The translations under genes were made by a program, and so were the position numbers. Positions 1 to 10,299 of a stretch of 20,000 bases of DNA are shown in pieces. The notes beneath the pieces are model-generated. The model made no database searches and was not told where the DNA came from. It saw only the letters and a list, made by a program, of their open reading frames with translations. The stretch spans positions 3,138,252-3,158,251 of the forward strand of contig MU058781.1 in the NCBI GenBank assembly GCA_013265495.1. The letters run 5' to 3'. Source of the stretch: Vicugna vicugna. Taxonomy: Eukaryota. How positions within the stretch are numbered: the first letter of the stretch is position 1; each line of letters starts with the position of its first letter.

Positions 1-344
1 TCTTCAGGTTCCTGGCATCATACGAGGCACTCACGAGTGGGTATTTTTATGCCCCTAGAAATAAGGAGTTTCATTCCATGATAAGCATACAACTGTTTTT
101 CTACCACTTAATAAGAGACATTACAAATAAAATAAATAAAAATACACATGTAAAATAGTAGTGAGAAAAAACTGCATTCAACCAGGAAAAATGATGCTTG
201 CTCAGTGTCCTACCCTTAAAATTTTAATTGAAAAAATTTGAAAAACAATCAGATCATTCACTTGCATTATTTAGGTTTAGTTAATTATTTAAGGCATAAC
301 TTCATGATTTATTAGTGTCACTTCTGTCAGTATTATATACTACA

Positions 345-870
345 CAGTCCTCAACTTCTCCCCGTGTTATTGAGAAAAGTCAGTTATAAAAAGTGTGTCA
401 TATTTTCCTGTGAGAACATGGTTGCTAGTAGTGGGGTGTGTGAGCTTGACCAATGGTTCAATGTCATAAATTACTGATAATCTGTTAAAAGGAAGGTATC
501 TAACTTAAAATCTTTGAAATTATTTTAAATAAGTGCATTTAAACAGTAAAACACATTTTAATAAGTGCATTTAAACAGTAAAAGTGTTTCTCTAAATTTT
601 GTAAAAATCAGTGTGAATATACTATGCTTGTTGATTATTTAATGTACTGTAAAGTGCACGGCCAGCACATAATTATATATATTGTCTGGGTCACAATTTG
701 ACTTATCTCCTCTTTATATGCTATCTAAAAAAAATTTATCAACGAAACTGCTTTCTGTCTTTGGAGGTTAGAAAAACTTTAAGGTGATGCTTTGATGGTC
801 CAAGAGTCTTGAAGTTGCAGTTGGTAGCACCCTTTTCTTTTGTTAAAAATCTCTTTCAGCAAAAAGAATA
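345..870. mobile_element. Possible very old TcMar-Tigger-like DNA transposon fragment
   Basis: Starts near TA..CAGTCCTCAACTT, followed by ATTTTCCTGTGAGAACATGGTT, loosely resembling old Tigger subterminal sequence. AT-rich; no right terminal inverted repeat identified; boundaries uncertain. Confidence 0.25.
528..583 (+). repeat. Perfect 24-bp direct duplication (period 32)
   Basis: AATAAGTGCATTTAAACAGTAAAA at 528-551 and 560-583. Confidence 0.95.
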
Positions 871-1182
871 ATGCAAAACTTTCCTATTCTTAGCTAACAG
901 TAATTAATTAGAGTCAGTCTTTGAATACATGAAAATAAAAGTCATTTCTATAACTCTTCTAAGGACCTTCACTCTGGGAATTTGGACACCAAGAGCTTCA
1001 TCCATCCCATCTTGTGATTCATCTTTTCATTGCTCTCATTTCAATGACAATTTTATGGGAGATAAAAGAAGAGAGGAAACACAAATAAGGAGCCGTAGAA
1101 CCTGGTGAAGATGCCATGAGGTTGGGGAGGTGGCAGATGGGGAAAACAGGGCAAAGAGGGTGGAGGGACAGCAGTTTTACAG

Positions 1183-1207
1183 ACACACACACACACACAC
1201 ACACACA
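1183..1207 (+). repeat. (AC)n microsatellite, about 12 units
   Basis: Direct read of the ACACAC run. Confidence 0.97.
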
Positions 1208-1581
1208 GGGAGTTCCCTGGATACACCTATTTCTTTTGAAGCTGAGGAACAAAGCAGCTGCTTGGAAACCATTGATTCCATATAAGTGATATATTTATGC
1301 ATCATAAATTTACAACTCCTTCCCAATGCCAATGAGAATCAGATCAAGGATTTCAGTCCTACATGAGCAACTGAGCTTTGCAGATATTCAAAACATGGTT
1401 AATAAAGACCTGACATTAAGTGGAGGAAGTAATATAGGTAGCATGCCCTGAACTGGATATGACCCTGATAGACAATCAAAAAATAAAATTCTTTGTCTTT
1501 CATTGAAAACAAGTCAATTTAAATATTTATATTTGTATAAAATATTTATATGGTCATAAAAGCCTTTCTTTCTTTGAATAA

Positions 1582-1742
1582 GTGTATTGTAGTAGAAATA
1601 AAATACATTTCAAAGGCAAGTTGATATGGGTCTGAGTTTCAGTTCTGTCCTCACTAGCTGTGTGACCCTGTGCAGAGTTGTTCATGTCTCTGAATCCCAG
1701 ATTCCTTGTATGTAGAATGAGATTAAAAATCTAACTATAAGA
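1582..1742 (+). mobile_element. MIR SINE fragment
   Basis: GGGTCTGAGTTTCAGTTCTGTCCTCACTAGCTGTGTGACCCTGTGCAGAGTTGTTCATGTCTCTGAATCCCAGATTCCTTGTATGTAGAATGAGAT matches the MIR core (…ACTAGCTGTGTGACCTTGGGCAAGTTACTTAACCTCTCTG…CAGTTTCCTCATCTGTAAAATGGGGAT). Confidence 0.85.
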
Positions 1743-1804
1743 ATCAATTATCCAGCTGTGAGGCTCAGCTATCCTATGGGTAAACACGCGGGTCCTGGTG
1801 TTCT

Positions 1805-1965
1805 CCCTGATGCTCCAGGCATTGTTCCAAACAGTGAGGACAGAGGGGAAGCATACAGACCAAGTCCTTGCTCTTAGGAGTTTATATATTGATAAACAGG
1901 TTCAATAAATGATGGGATTTATAAATATATACAAAACATTGTGCTACAGAGTGAAGTGAAATACT
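1805..1965 (-). mobile_element. L2 LINE 3' end fragment
   Basis: CCAGGCATTGTTCCAAACAGTGAGGACAGAG…ACAGACCAAGTCCTTGCTCTTAGGAGTTTATA resembles the antisense L2 3' tail (CCAGGCACTGTTCTAGGCACTGGGGATACAG…AGACAAGGTCCCTGCCCTCATGGAGCTTACA). Confidence 0.7.
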
Positions 1966-3883
1966 GGGTGGATTATCTGCCTTCTAGAACCTGAAATGGT
2001 TCTGGTGATATTGGAGGAAAGAAGTAAATGTGAAAGAGATGGAAAAACAGCAGAAGAAGGTACTCCTGAAAAAATTAGAGTAGAAGTGTCTTGTGGATGA
2101 AATTGGGACCATAGTTAACGTAAACTGTAGATATAGAGGAGGAAACTGTCCCCCAGGTTCAGCTCTCTATTGCTGGAAACAAATAACTATGCTCAAGACT
2201 TGAGCAGCCCAAGACACCACAAATGAACTGATTGCAGAAAGGGACACCTACTTTGTCTCAATTCTCTCCTGAGTTAAGATTTTAAAGAAAAAAATTTAAA
2301 TAAAGCCGTAATGGTGTATGTGTGGCAAGTGTGTTTTTATCTGCATATTTACATACAGCTGCTTCAGGATGTTAAAAGAGTCTGTGTGTTGCAAAACCGT
2401 GGGTTTTTTAATTACAGTTTGATTACATGCTTGATGTGCTTATAAATCTTAGCATGATCTGTATGATGGAAGTGGAAATGTTCCACGTTATTTTGGTCTC
2501 TTTTCTACTTCACCAGCTCTCATGGTGCATAGGTGTTACCCATCACACATGCTACCAGATCTTTTGTCAATCCTTCCCCACTCTCCTCTGCATTTGAATC
2601 TCTGCTGCCAGGTGCTTGCTCATTCTTTTGCAGGTAAAAAGGAGTGGAGTGCAAAGATATCATTGTGAAAAGTCCCCCTTAATACCGAGCATTCCTTCTG
2701 CTGCTTTGCAGGATCAGATGGCAGTATTGTCATCCTTGGCGCAGCAGATACTTCACCTCAGGGATTACTATTTCTGTTCAGCATGGAGACAGTCTAATGT
2801 GCTGAGATTATTATCATACATATGGCTTTTGTGTACTGTTTACAAAAAAATACTCCTGAAAGGAAGATAACTACTGAGGTTAATGCATCTACTTAGCGTG
2901 CTCTCTGCTACTTGGGTACCAGATCTTGGCAATGTATTCAGTTCTTTCTGTCAGCTCAGATTTGGAATTGTTCACCATGCGTCCCTGCAATGTATGGTAT
3001 CTTATTCCTTTTAAAAGACCATTTGTTTCACCAGAAGGCAGCATACTCTTAAGAGTCACTTTGACTTCTTTATTCAAAAGAGCTCTTGTATTATTGACCT
3101 TAACATTTCATCTGACAAAGTAAGCAATTAATTGTGAGCAGACCTTATGCATCTGCTGAAAGCATGCATCTCTCTTCCCTACAGTGTTCCAAAATCAAGC
3201 CAACAAGGTGAATAGTTTCAATGTAATTTGTTTGCCAATAGAAAAAATGAGGACTGTGGAAAGGAGAGGACTGAATCCTGTTTTGAAGCTATTTCTTAAA
3301 AAACAAGACGAAATAAAGCTGAGGTGTAAACATTGTGGAATGAAGGCTTCCATTCAGAAGGATGAATTTAGCCCCATGTTGTTATCTGACTATCGTTCAG
3401 TGTTTCTGCTGTGCTGTCTGACATGTAGTAAGAGCTTAAGAAATGTCTGCTGAGGGAATGAAATGACTGATAAATGTTTACACCTGAGATGGAGATCTTA
3501 AAAGTTAAGATCTTAAATGTTGAGTGTAATCTTAAGTGCTATGGAAATGGAACATTTTAATTTGATGCCACATATTAGATATTCTTTATGGGATTGTATT
3601 GCACATTTTCTTCAAAAATAGTGACAGTTCCAAGGACTCTGCAAGTCCGATTTTCTCTCATGTTTTAAGGATCCCTGCTGCTAGGTAAGTGAACCTTACG
3701 GGAGGATGCTCTTTTTCTAACGAAGCCTTGGGTAGACCTTGAGTCCAAGATTCGGAGCTGGAAGGCACGCACTGTGTTGCTTACTAGTCAAAATCATATT
3801 TCTTATGAGTAAAGTGTTGTGGGGACTTTGGGTTCTTTATTGGGCTTTTTGGGTGCACATTTGCTTAACCTTTGAAATGAGAT

Positions 3884-4236
3884 TCTTAAAAGAGAAACTG
3901 AGGCCTATGAAAAATCTTAAGAGTTTATTTGAACAAAACTGGATTCAAAAGGGCAACGCCAAACCGGAAGTGATTAGGGACACTCTGCAGACAGGAGGTA
4001 GGGGCGAGACTTTTATAGAGAAGAGGCGGAAGCAAAGCACAGAAATTAATTTGATTGGCTACAGCTTTAGCAGTTGCATTATTTGAGAAACCCCAGTTGG
4101 CTGTCTGTGATTGGCTCTCCTTAGGTTTCGATTTCTTAACCTCAATATATTTGGGGCTTAGGTTTTGGTTTGCTTAAGTAGGCTGCTGACATATTAGAAC
4201 TACCTCAGTCTGATGGCCTCTTTAATTAGTTTAACA
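3884..4236 (-). mobile_element. Solo ERV1 LTR, MER93-like (MER4 group)
   Basis: Minus strand begins TGTTAAACTAATTAAAGAGGCCATCAGACTGAGGTAG…TAAGCAAACCAAAACCTAA, as recalled for MER93. Minus-strand CCAAT boxes (4110-4114, 4054-4058), TATAAAA (4011-4017) and AATAAA (3924-3929) lie in U3-R-U5 order. Flanks AGAT/ATAT fit a degenerate 4-bp TSD. Confidence 0.85.
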
Positions 4237-5375
4237 ATATTAACCCTGCAGAGATTTTGGAAATACAGAAATGTATAATAGCATCACTGTCACCCAATAA
4301 TGAATGCCTCTATTTGCCTATTTCTCTTTGGCCTTTTTTCCATAGCCTTGGAGAATTTGTGATAATTCCAATTATACTTTATATGCCATCCCATGTCTTG
4401 CTTTTTTATAAAATAATATTCCAGAATAAGCATCTTATGTTGCTGCATAGTCTTTATAGTTGTAGGTTATTCTGCAACAGCTGGTATTATCACATTTAGT
4501 GATGTCATTTTTAACATCACCTCTGTACACGAACATATATATGTATGTACGTATTAGCAGAGATAGAGAAATAGACATGAATAAATAATAGCCTCTCAGC
4601 TATTTGGAAGTTAAACATTCCATAATCTCATCTATGACAAATTGATGAGTCAAAAACCAAGAGAACAAATTAAAAAGAGCTTTCAGTCACCAAACTAGAT
4701 GACACAGCTCATGAATCTTAATCGTATTAAGTAGCTTTCAGTGCTCACTGATGATCTAGTACTCTTATTTTATGTCCAGTTCTAACACACTTCATTATGG
4801 CTTTTGATGTTAGTGCTAATACTGATATTGATAATGTCCAGGATTTATTAGCCCAGAGAGAAAGAAACAGTAGAACTATAAAAATAAACACAAAACCTCA
4901 GTGAGAACAGGGTTCTGAGCCCATACAGTATAAGAAAAAAAAATTACACAGCATGTCCCAAGGTGTTTCAGCAGCAGAGTGTTCGGTATGGAACTATTTA
5001 AAGAGTGCTACTTTATGTTCAAGATATGTATTCTGTTTCCAAAGACAGGAAAATAGCTAATGTATTTGGAGATATTTTCACCCAAAGTTGATTAAGAAAA
5101 ATTACAGTGAGGTTTTAAAGGAACAAAACAACATCCCTCAAAGTATACCTCTTTAAAACAATTTATTCCTCAATAATATCATTTAGCTGAGGTATTAAAA
5201 ATAATATTCACTATTCCCTTTACATTACCTTTTATTTGAACTTTGATAGATCCCCTCATCCTGATATGGTTAGGAGAACATTTCCTGGGAACCACAGCTG
5301 ATCATTGGGTGTGATACTAGTATACATACATGATAGACACAAGAAAGAAAAGTATAAGAAATGATCCTTAATCAT

Positions 5376-6007
5376 TGTTATCCTTGCAGCAGGGCACCTG
5401 CAACTTTAGGCTGGACCAATAATAGCACATGTTGGTTATAAACAGAGTAGAGCTGAGGCGGGAAGCCCCATAAAAAGACAGGCAGGACCCCTTGGCAAGG
5501 CCACTGCTCTCCTCTTAGCACCGTCTGATTCCCTCCCTGGCCCAGAGGCTCTCTCTCACTTTTTGCCTCTAAAGCAGCTAACTTACACCTAGAATTCTAT
5601 TGGTTCCCTGAGCTCACTTCTGATTGGTTATTTCCTTCACTCCTGGTTGGTTATTACTCTCACTTCTGATTGGTTGTTACTCTCACTTCTGTATTGGTCC
5701 ACTTCCCTAACTTCTGATTGGTCCATTTGTAGTACTTCATTTGCATGGAGCTCACTCCTGATTGGTCTGTTTCTACAAAGCTTGTTCCTGGTTGGTCAAT
5801 TTCTGTTGTACTTTATTTGCATGTGATGTTGCAAAGTGTAAAACTAGCAGCCTATAAAAGGCCTGTGTAAAGTACAGATGGGGTCCAGAGCTTGAAGTGT
5901 TAACTCCACTGGGCCCAGTGGTATAATAAACCTGAATTCTCCAACTCTCTAAGTGCCGCTTGGTCTCTCGCCTGGATCCAGGTTGCTGTCACAACTGAGC
6001 TGTAACA
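5376..6007 (+). mobile_element. Solo ERV LTR (class I-like) with CCAAT-repeat U3
   Basis: Termini TGTTA…TAACA form a 5-bp inverted repeat. Multiple ATTGG boxes, TATAAAA at 5853-5859, AATAAA at 5925-5930; GC-richer than flanks. The 3' end could alternatively be GCAACA at 6022; TSD not clean. Confidence 0.85.
5599..5859 (+). promoter_or_regulatory. LTR U3 promoter: inverted CCAAT (NF-Y) array, two octamers, TATA box
   Basis: ATTGG at 5599, 5623, 5669, 5693, 5717 and 5761; GTTGG variants at 5646 and 5791; ATTTGCAT at 5739-5746 and 5815-5822; TATAAAA at 5853-5859. Confidence 0.7.
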
Positions 6008-8009
6008 CATTTTTCTGCAACAGAGCTACCCACCCACATGGAGACCAAGACTGTGTGATCATATCTTTATCTTTAACTAGCAGAAGTCATCACTCACTGA
6101 TGAAAGACCAAGCTGTATCCATTTTCTCTGTTTATGGTCTTAGATATATATGTACATACGTGTGTTTTAAATATACGAGATTTTGTATAAACACAAATAC
6201 GTATGAGGGCTGTTATCTCATTTTTCTTTTCTCCTACTATCTTCTTTCCCAAGCTTCTTTAGGCTCCACTGAACTGATTTAAGGGGCCAATCCATAGCTA
6301 TTAAAAACCTAATGCAACTAGTAGAGACGTTTATTTGGAACTTTAATAGCAGTCCATTTAGAAAGGGTGGTGGTGGTGGAATTTGATAAAAGATTTCTCA
6401 AGACATTTGGTTTGCAACACGCCTGAAGAGTATCTCATTTAAGATGACATTTAATAGCTTTCTTTTCCACATCCTGATAAACATTACAGTGTAACTGATC
6501 TCTCTGAAAACAAGACATGCAAACTTGTACAACAATGAGGAAAATAGCTAGATTTCTGCTTCTGAACTTATTTTCAAATGGTTTTCTGCTGTCAGAGAAC
6601 ACTTAAATGAATTCCCCTGAGACAGAAATCCACCTCAATTTTAAGGAAGCAAAAAAAAAAATTTTTTTTAAGTGCTATAGGATTCTGGATTTATAGCTGA
6701 AAACCAAAAGACATTTATTAAAGTCACTGAAATACCAAGGAAATGGAAACTTTTTTTTTTGATATTTCAAAGCACATTTAATCTGACTGCCTCTCATTAC
6801 CGATGATTGTTCTATCTAGGATTTCTAAGACAGGGAATATTCTTCTTTGCTACAACTCAAATTACTTTGCAGATATTACCTAATTCATTCTCCACAATGC
6901 AACTCCTTGTAAAGGTGAGGTGGATGCCGTTTCTCCCCAGCAGGAAGTTCCAGGTGCGGCATCAAGGAGACTGCTGAGTCAGATGGTACAGTTTCTCCGG
7001 CTTACAGGCAGTAACAGAAGCTCCCTGGGAGTGTGTTAGAGAAAGAACCAATTAGGAAGGGCTCACCCCACTGTTGGGAGTTCTGGAAAACTTAACTACC
7101 GAGCCCCCGGAGAATCACATTTAGGGATAATAAGGTCCCACGTAGGGGATCTAGTCAGCTAGACCTACAGGCGCCTCTCTGTAAGGACACATCAACCTGC
7201 TGGGAAGAGGCAGTGCCCTGAGATTGGGGTAGGGGTGAGGGGCGGAGAGATGATGGCAGATGGTCTGTGACCCCCTGTGGAGAAGGGCTGCAGGCAAAAC
7301 CCTGTGGTGATGTGGATTATAGGTCAGATCTGAAGAGCAAGAAAGTAATGCACAGCACACATAATAGCAGACTTGACTGTCAGCATAGAGGAGACGTAGT
7401 CTGTGGACTCCTAGAAATAACAGGGTGAAGCTTAGGAGGAGGCCAGAGACTCCATATGAGAAAGAAAAGTGAAAGCCAGTGAATTTTGAGATCTTGCTGT
7501 TACTATGATCCCATTGCTGTGGTGGAGCTGGTGAGACCTAGGATAGCTCAGATTTCACCAACTGTGACACCAACATTATGTTCATCAATATTGTACTCTG
7601 TGCAACATTTAATGCTTTCCCCCAACTCCAGATAATCAGATAATAATGGTGAAAAAGTCTCCCTTCCTCTGTCCCCAGGACTCCTAGGAATATTCAAAAC
7701 ACAAAACATACATATACAATTCTTGGTCACAAAGTTATGTTAGGAGGTTTAAATTTCCAGAAAATAAATAAAGGTACATTTATTCAAAACGAAGTGAGCA
7801 GATTGCTTAGAGTCATGAAGGTTTCCTAGATGACTTCATTCTATAAACGTCAGTGCCTGCTTCTCTTTCCTGGACTGGCTTTGAGATGTAGGGGATTTCT
7901 TGTCTTCAGGGGCCCTTCTTCCAGCTTGTCACAGGATTTGAATGCCTGGGCTAAAACTTGGAACAAGCAGGGATTCCTTTTTCCTTTTGCCTCAGTTAAA
8001 TTTTACCTC

Positions 8010-8390
8010 TTCATCCTGACTCCACATTCTCCAAGCCTACCCCATACTGGATCTCTTTGTTCCTTCCAGGTAGGCACCAGAATAACAACTGTTGCTCTAC
8101 TCTTGCTTGATATCTACCCCTCCATCCTCTGTCCTCTGCCTTCCCTGTAGAAACTCCTAATGGATGCCTGCTCTCTTTCCCACCAAGCCTGGATACAGTT
8201 GCAAAATCCTTCTCAATTGGTGCTCCCAGCAGCCACTACTAGTAAATCAGCTTTGTGGACAAGATGTAATTGATTAACCATTCCTCCTATATGACATTGC
8301 CTGGAGAAGGGACTGTTCATCATTTGTCTTCAAATCAGCAGAAAAATCACTTTCTAGCCCAATTGGGTTTCCGAAGGACCACGGGCCTCA
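8010..8390 (+). mobile_element. Highly diverged L2 3' region
   Basis: Pyrimidine-rich segment (CATACTGGATCTCTTTGTTCCTTCCAG…TGTTGCTCTACTCTTGCTTGATAT…) ending with GAAGGGACTGTTCATCATTTGTCTT, typical of the sense L2 3' end. Confidence 0.5.
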
Positions 8391-8399
8391 TTCAGTATT

Positions 8400-8601
8400 T
8401 GTATTAGTTTCCATAAGCTGCTGTAACAAAGTATCAAATACTGAGTGGCTTGAAACAATAGCAACTCATTGTTTCACTGCTCTGGAGGCCAGAAGTACAA
8501 AATCAAGGTATCAGCAGGGCCATACTCTTTCTAACAGCTCTAGAGGAGGGTCTTTTCGTGCCTCTTTCAGCTTCTGGTATTTGCCAGCAATCCTTGGTGT
8601 T
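8400..8601 (-). mobile_element. MLT1 (MLT1C-like) ERVL-MaLR LTR, 3' half only
   Basis: TGTATTAGTTTCC…GCTGCTGTAACAAAGTA…GTGGCTTGAAACAA…CTGGAGGCCAGAAGTACAAAATCAAGGTATCAGCAGGGCCAT…CAGCTTCTGGT…GCCAGCAATCCTTGGTGTT closely follows the antisense MLT1C consensus and stops abruptly at a T run. Confidence 0.92.
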
Positions 8602-8724
8602 TTTTTCCCCCAGTGGACACAGTTTCAGAATCCTCAACACGACGTCTAGGCAGGCAAATGACGCTGATCAGATTTGCCATGGGAGATAGGATCTATTTGT
8701 TAACCACGTTGCATGTCACCAGTA

Positions 8725-9000
8725 ATGACTCAAGGTAATTTTTGTAGTGCTAAGTAGAGATTCAAATAGTGTGCTGAGAGAGTGAAGAGAAATTAAAGTT
8801 TATTCTAAATGTTTGGAGCAGAGAAGACTTCATGGAGGACAAAGTTTTTAAATAAGACTTGACAGAATGAATGTAATGTCAGTGAATAGATGTGTGGGAC
8901 ATGAACATTCATGACTGGGACAACATCAGGAACAAAAGCATATGTATATGGAACTAGATGTGATGGCAACTCCATGTGACTGGGTGAATGTAAGGATATA
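8725..9000 (-). mobile_element. L2 LINE fragment
   Basis: CAGAGAAGACTTCATGGAGGA…AGACTTGACAGAATGAAT…ACATTC…GGGACAACATCAGGAACAAAAGC resembles antisense L2 (CAGGGAAGGCTTCCTGGAGGAGG…AGACTTGAAGGATGAGT…GGGAACAGCATGTGCAAAGGC). Confidence 0.65.
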
Positions 9001-10299
9001 GTAGAAACTAAAAAGTCACCTAAAGTCATGCCATGGAAGACCTTCAATGTCTTAGGAAATTTAACACCTTTTTTCTCTGAAATAATAGAAGTGTTTTGAG
9101 GGGAAAATAACAATATATTAATTTCATCAATTCACTTACAATAGAACCATAAATATCTAAAGTACCCATTTTTTCCAAAGAGCAGCCAAATGCAAGGGTC
9201 CTCCAAAATCTGCTTAAAGTTTTTTCATGGAAATGTGTATATTTCTTTTTTGTTTCATTTCCTCAGATGTAGGGCAGTAGTTCAGGCTAATAGGATGTAT
9301 TTTGGGTTGACCTGCTTGTCTCAAAGGATGTTTGCACCTTGTTAGTGTTTGCCTTGTTTCTATCAAATCCTGATAGAATGCTGTGTTGTATACCTATGGA
9401 AGTGTCACTGTGTGATCGTTGGCTTCTGTCCAAGGACTTCCTGAATACTGAATTTTAAAAAATTTGGCTCAGAATCTGAAAATGACATGAGAACAATGTG
9501 GCATGGGAATGGAAATACAAGTTACAAATGTATCACCTTGGCTACTTGCCGGCAGAATGGCTTACAGTGAATTCCTGATTTCTCTTAATTGCAGAGCCTT
9601 ACAGCCCAGCACATAGTGAACCTTGACATTAATAGTCACAATCGAAAGCTGCTAAACTGGATTAAGAGTGTGACTAAAGGTAATACATATTCTTAATGAT
9701 GAGGGTTTTATGCGAGGCTATCAGTGGAAAAGCTCAGCTAATCTGAGTTCAGCTACTGCCTATCTTCCTGGGTCCCAAGGGTAGTATAATTGTGCAGTCT
9801 CTTAAACTCATTAAGTCACCATCTATTTACATTGAATTCCCAAAGTTCACTCTTTCTTGACTTACCTAAAAAATAACTGCCCAACCAAATGCAAATCTTC
9901 CTTGATGATCAACCAAATATGCAAGAGACCTGCCTATAATTACAGAGAACCCCACTTCCTATTGGGTGTTTATTGTGTTGATCCCATATTCCACCTGCCT
10001 TGGCTGTTCGCCTTGACTAGTTCATAGAAGCACCCAGAAAAGGGCAGTGCCACACCATTAGACAGTCTCTCAACAGAATTCTGTGTTTACAGGAGAAATT
10101 ACCCAGAAGGGCCCTGAGCATTCCTTCTCCACTAATGATCAGAGAACTTGCTCTCCTGAGCAATGGGACCACAGAAAAGGGCCCATGGGAGTAATGAAAC
10201 CTCATACTTCTTCCCAGCCTGTGAAAACTGAGGTCTCAATCATTTTGTTCTCTGTTGAAATGGGGAGTTACTCTGTTTGGGAAATGTTGTGTTTCATAC

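Noticed and set aside
2616..2870. ORF containing DYYFCSAW, reminiscent of an Ig lambda or TCR V-segment end
   Set aside because: No upstream V-domain framework (first Cys, WYQQ), no leader and no recombination signal sequence downstream.
3493..3516. AGATCTTAA-AAG-TTAAGATCT hairpin and TTAAGATCTTAA palindrome
   Set aside because: Short and AT-rich; explained by a small local duplication of a palindromic word.
3739..4086. 115-aa ORF
   Set aside because: Non-ATG start, runs antisense through an LTR, no recognisable domain.
4270..4830. Possible old L1ME 3' fragment and Tigger-like end
   Set aside because: Similarity too weak to support by eye; needs RepeatMasker.
4237..5375. Possible proviral internal region between the two nearby LTRs
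   Set aside because: The LTRs are different families in opposite orientation, and I saw no PBS, PPT or gag/pol similarity between them.
6651..6669. A11-T8 inverted run
   Set aside because: Trivial homopolymer juxtaposition; rho-independent terminator logic does not apply to mammalian DNA.
7226..7245. G-quadruplex candidate GGGGTAGGGGTGAGGGGCGG
   Set aside because: Only three full G-tracts plus a GG, so it does not meet the canonical four-tract pattern.
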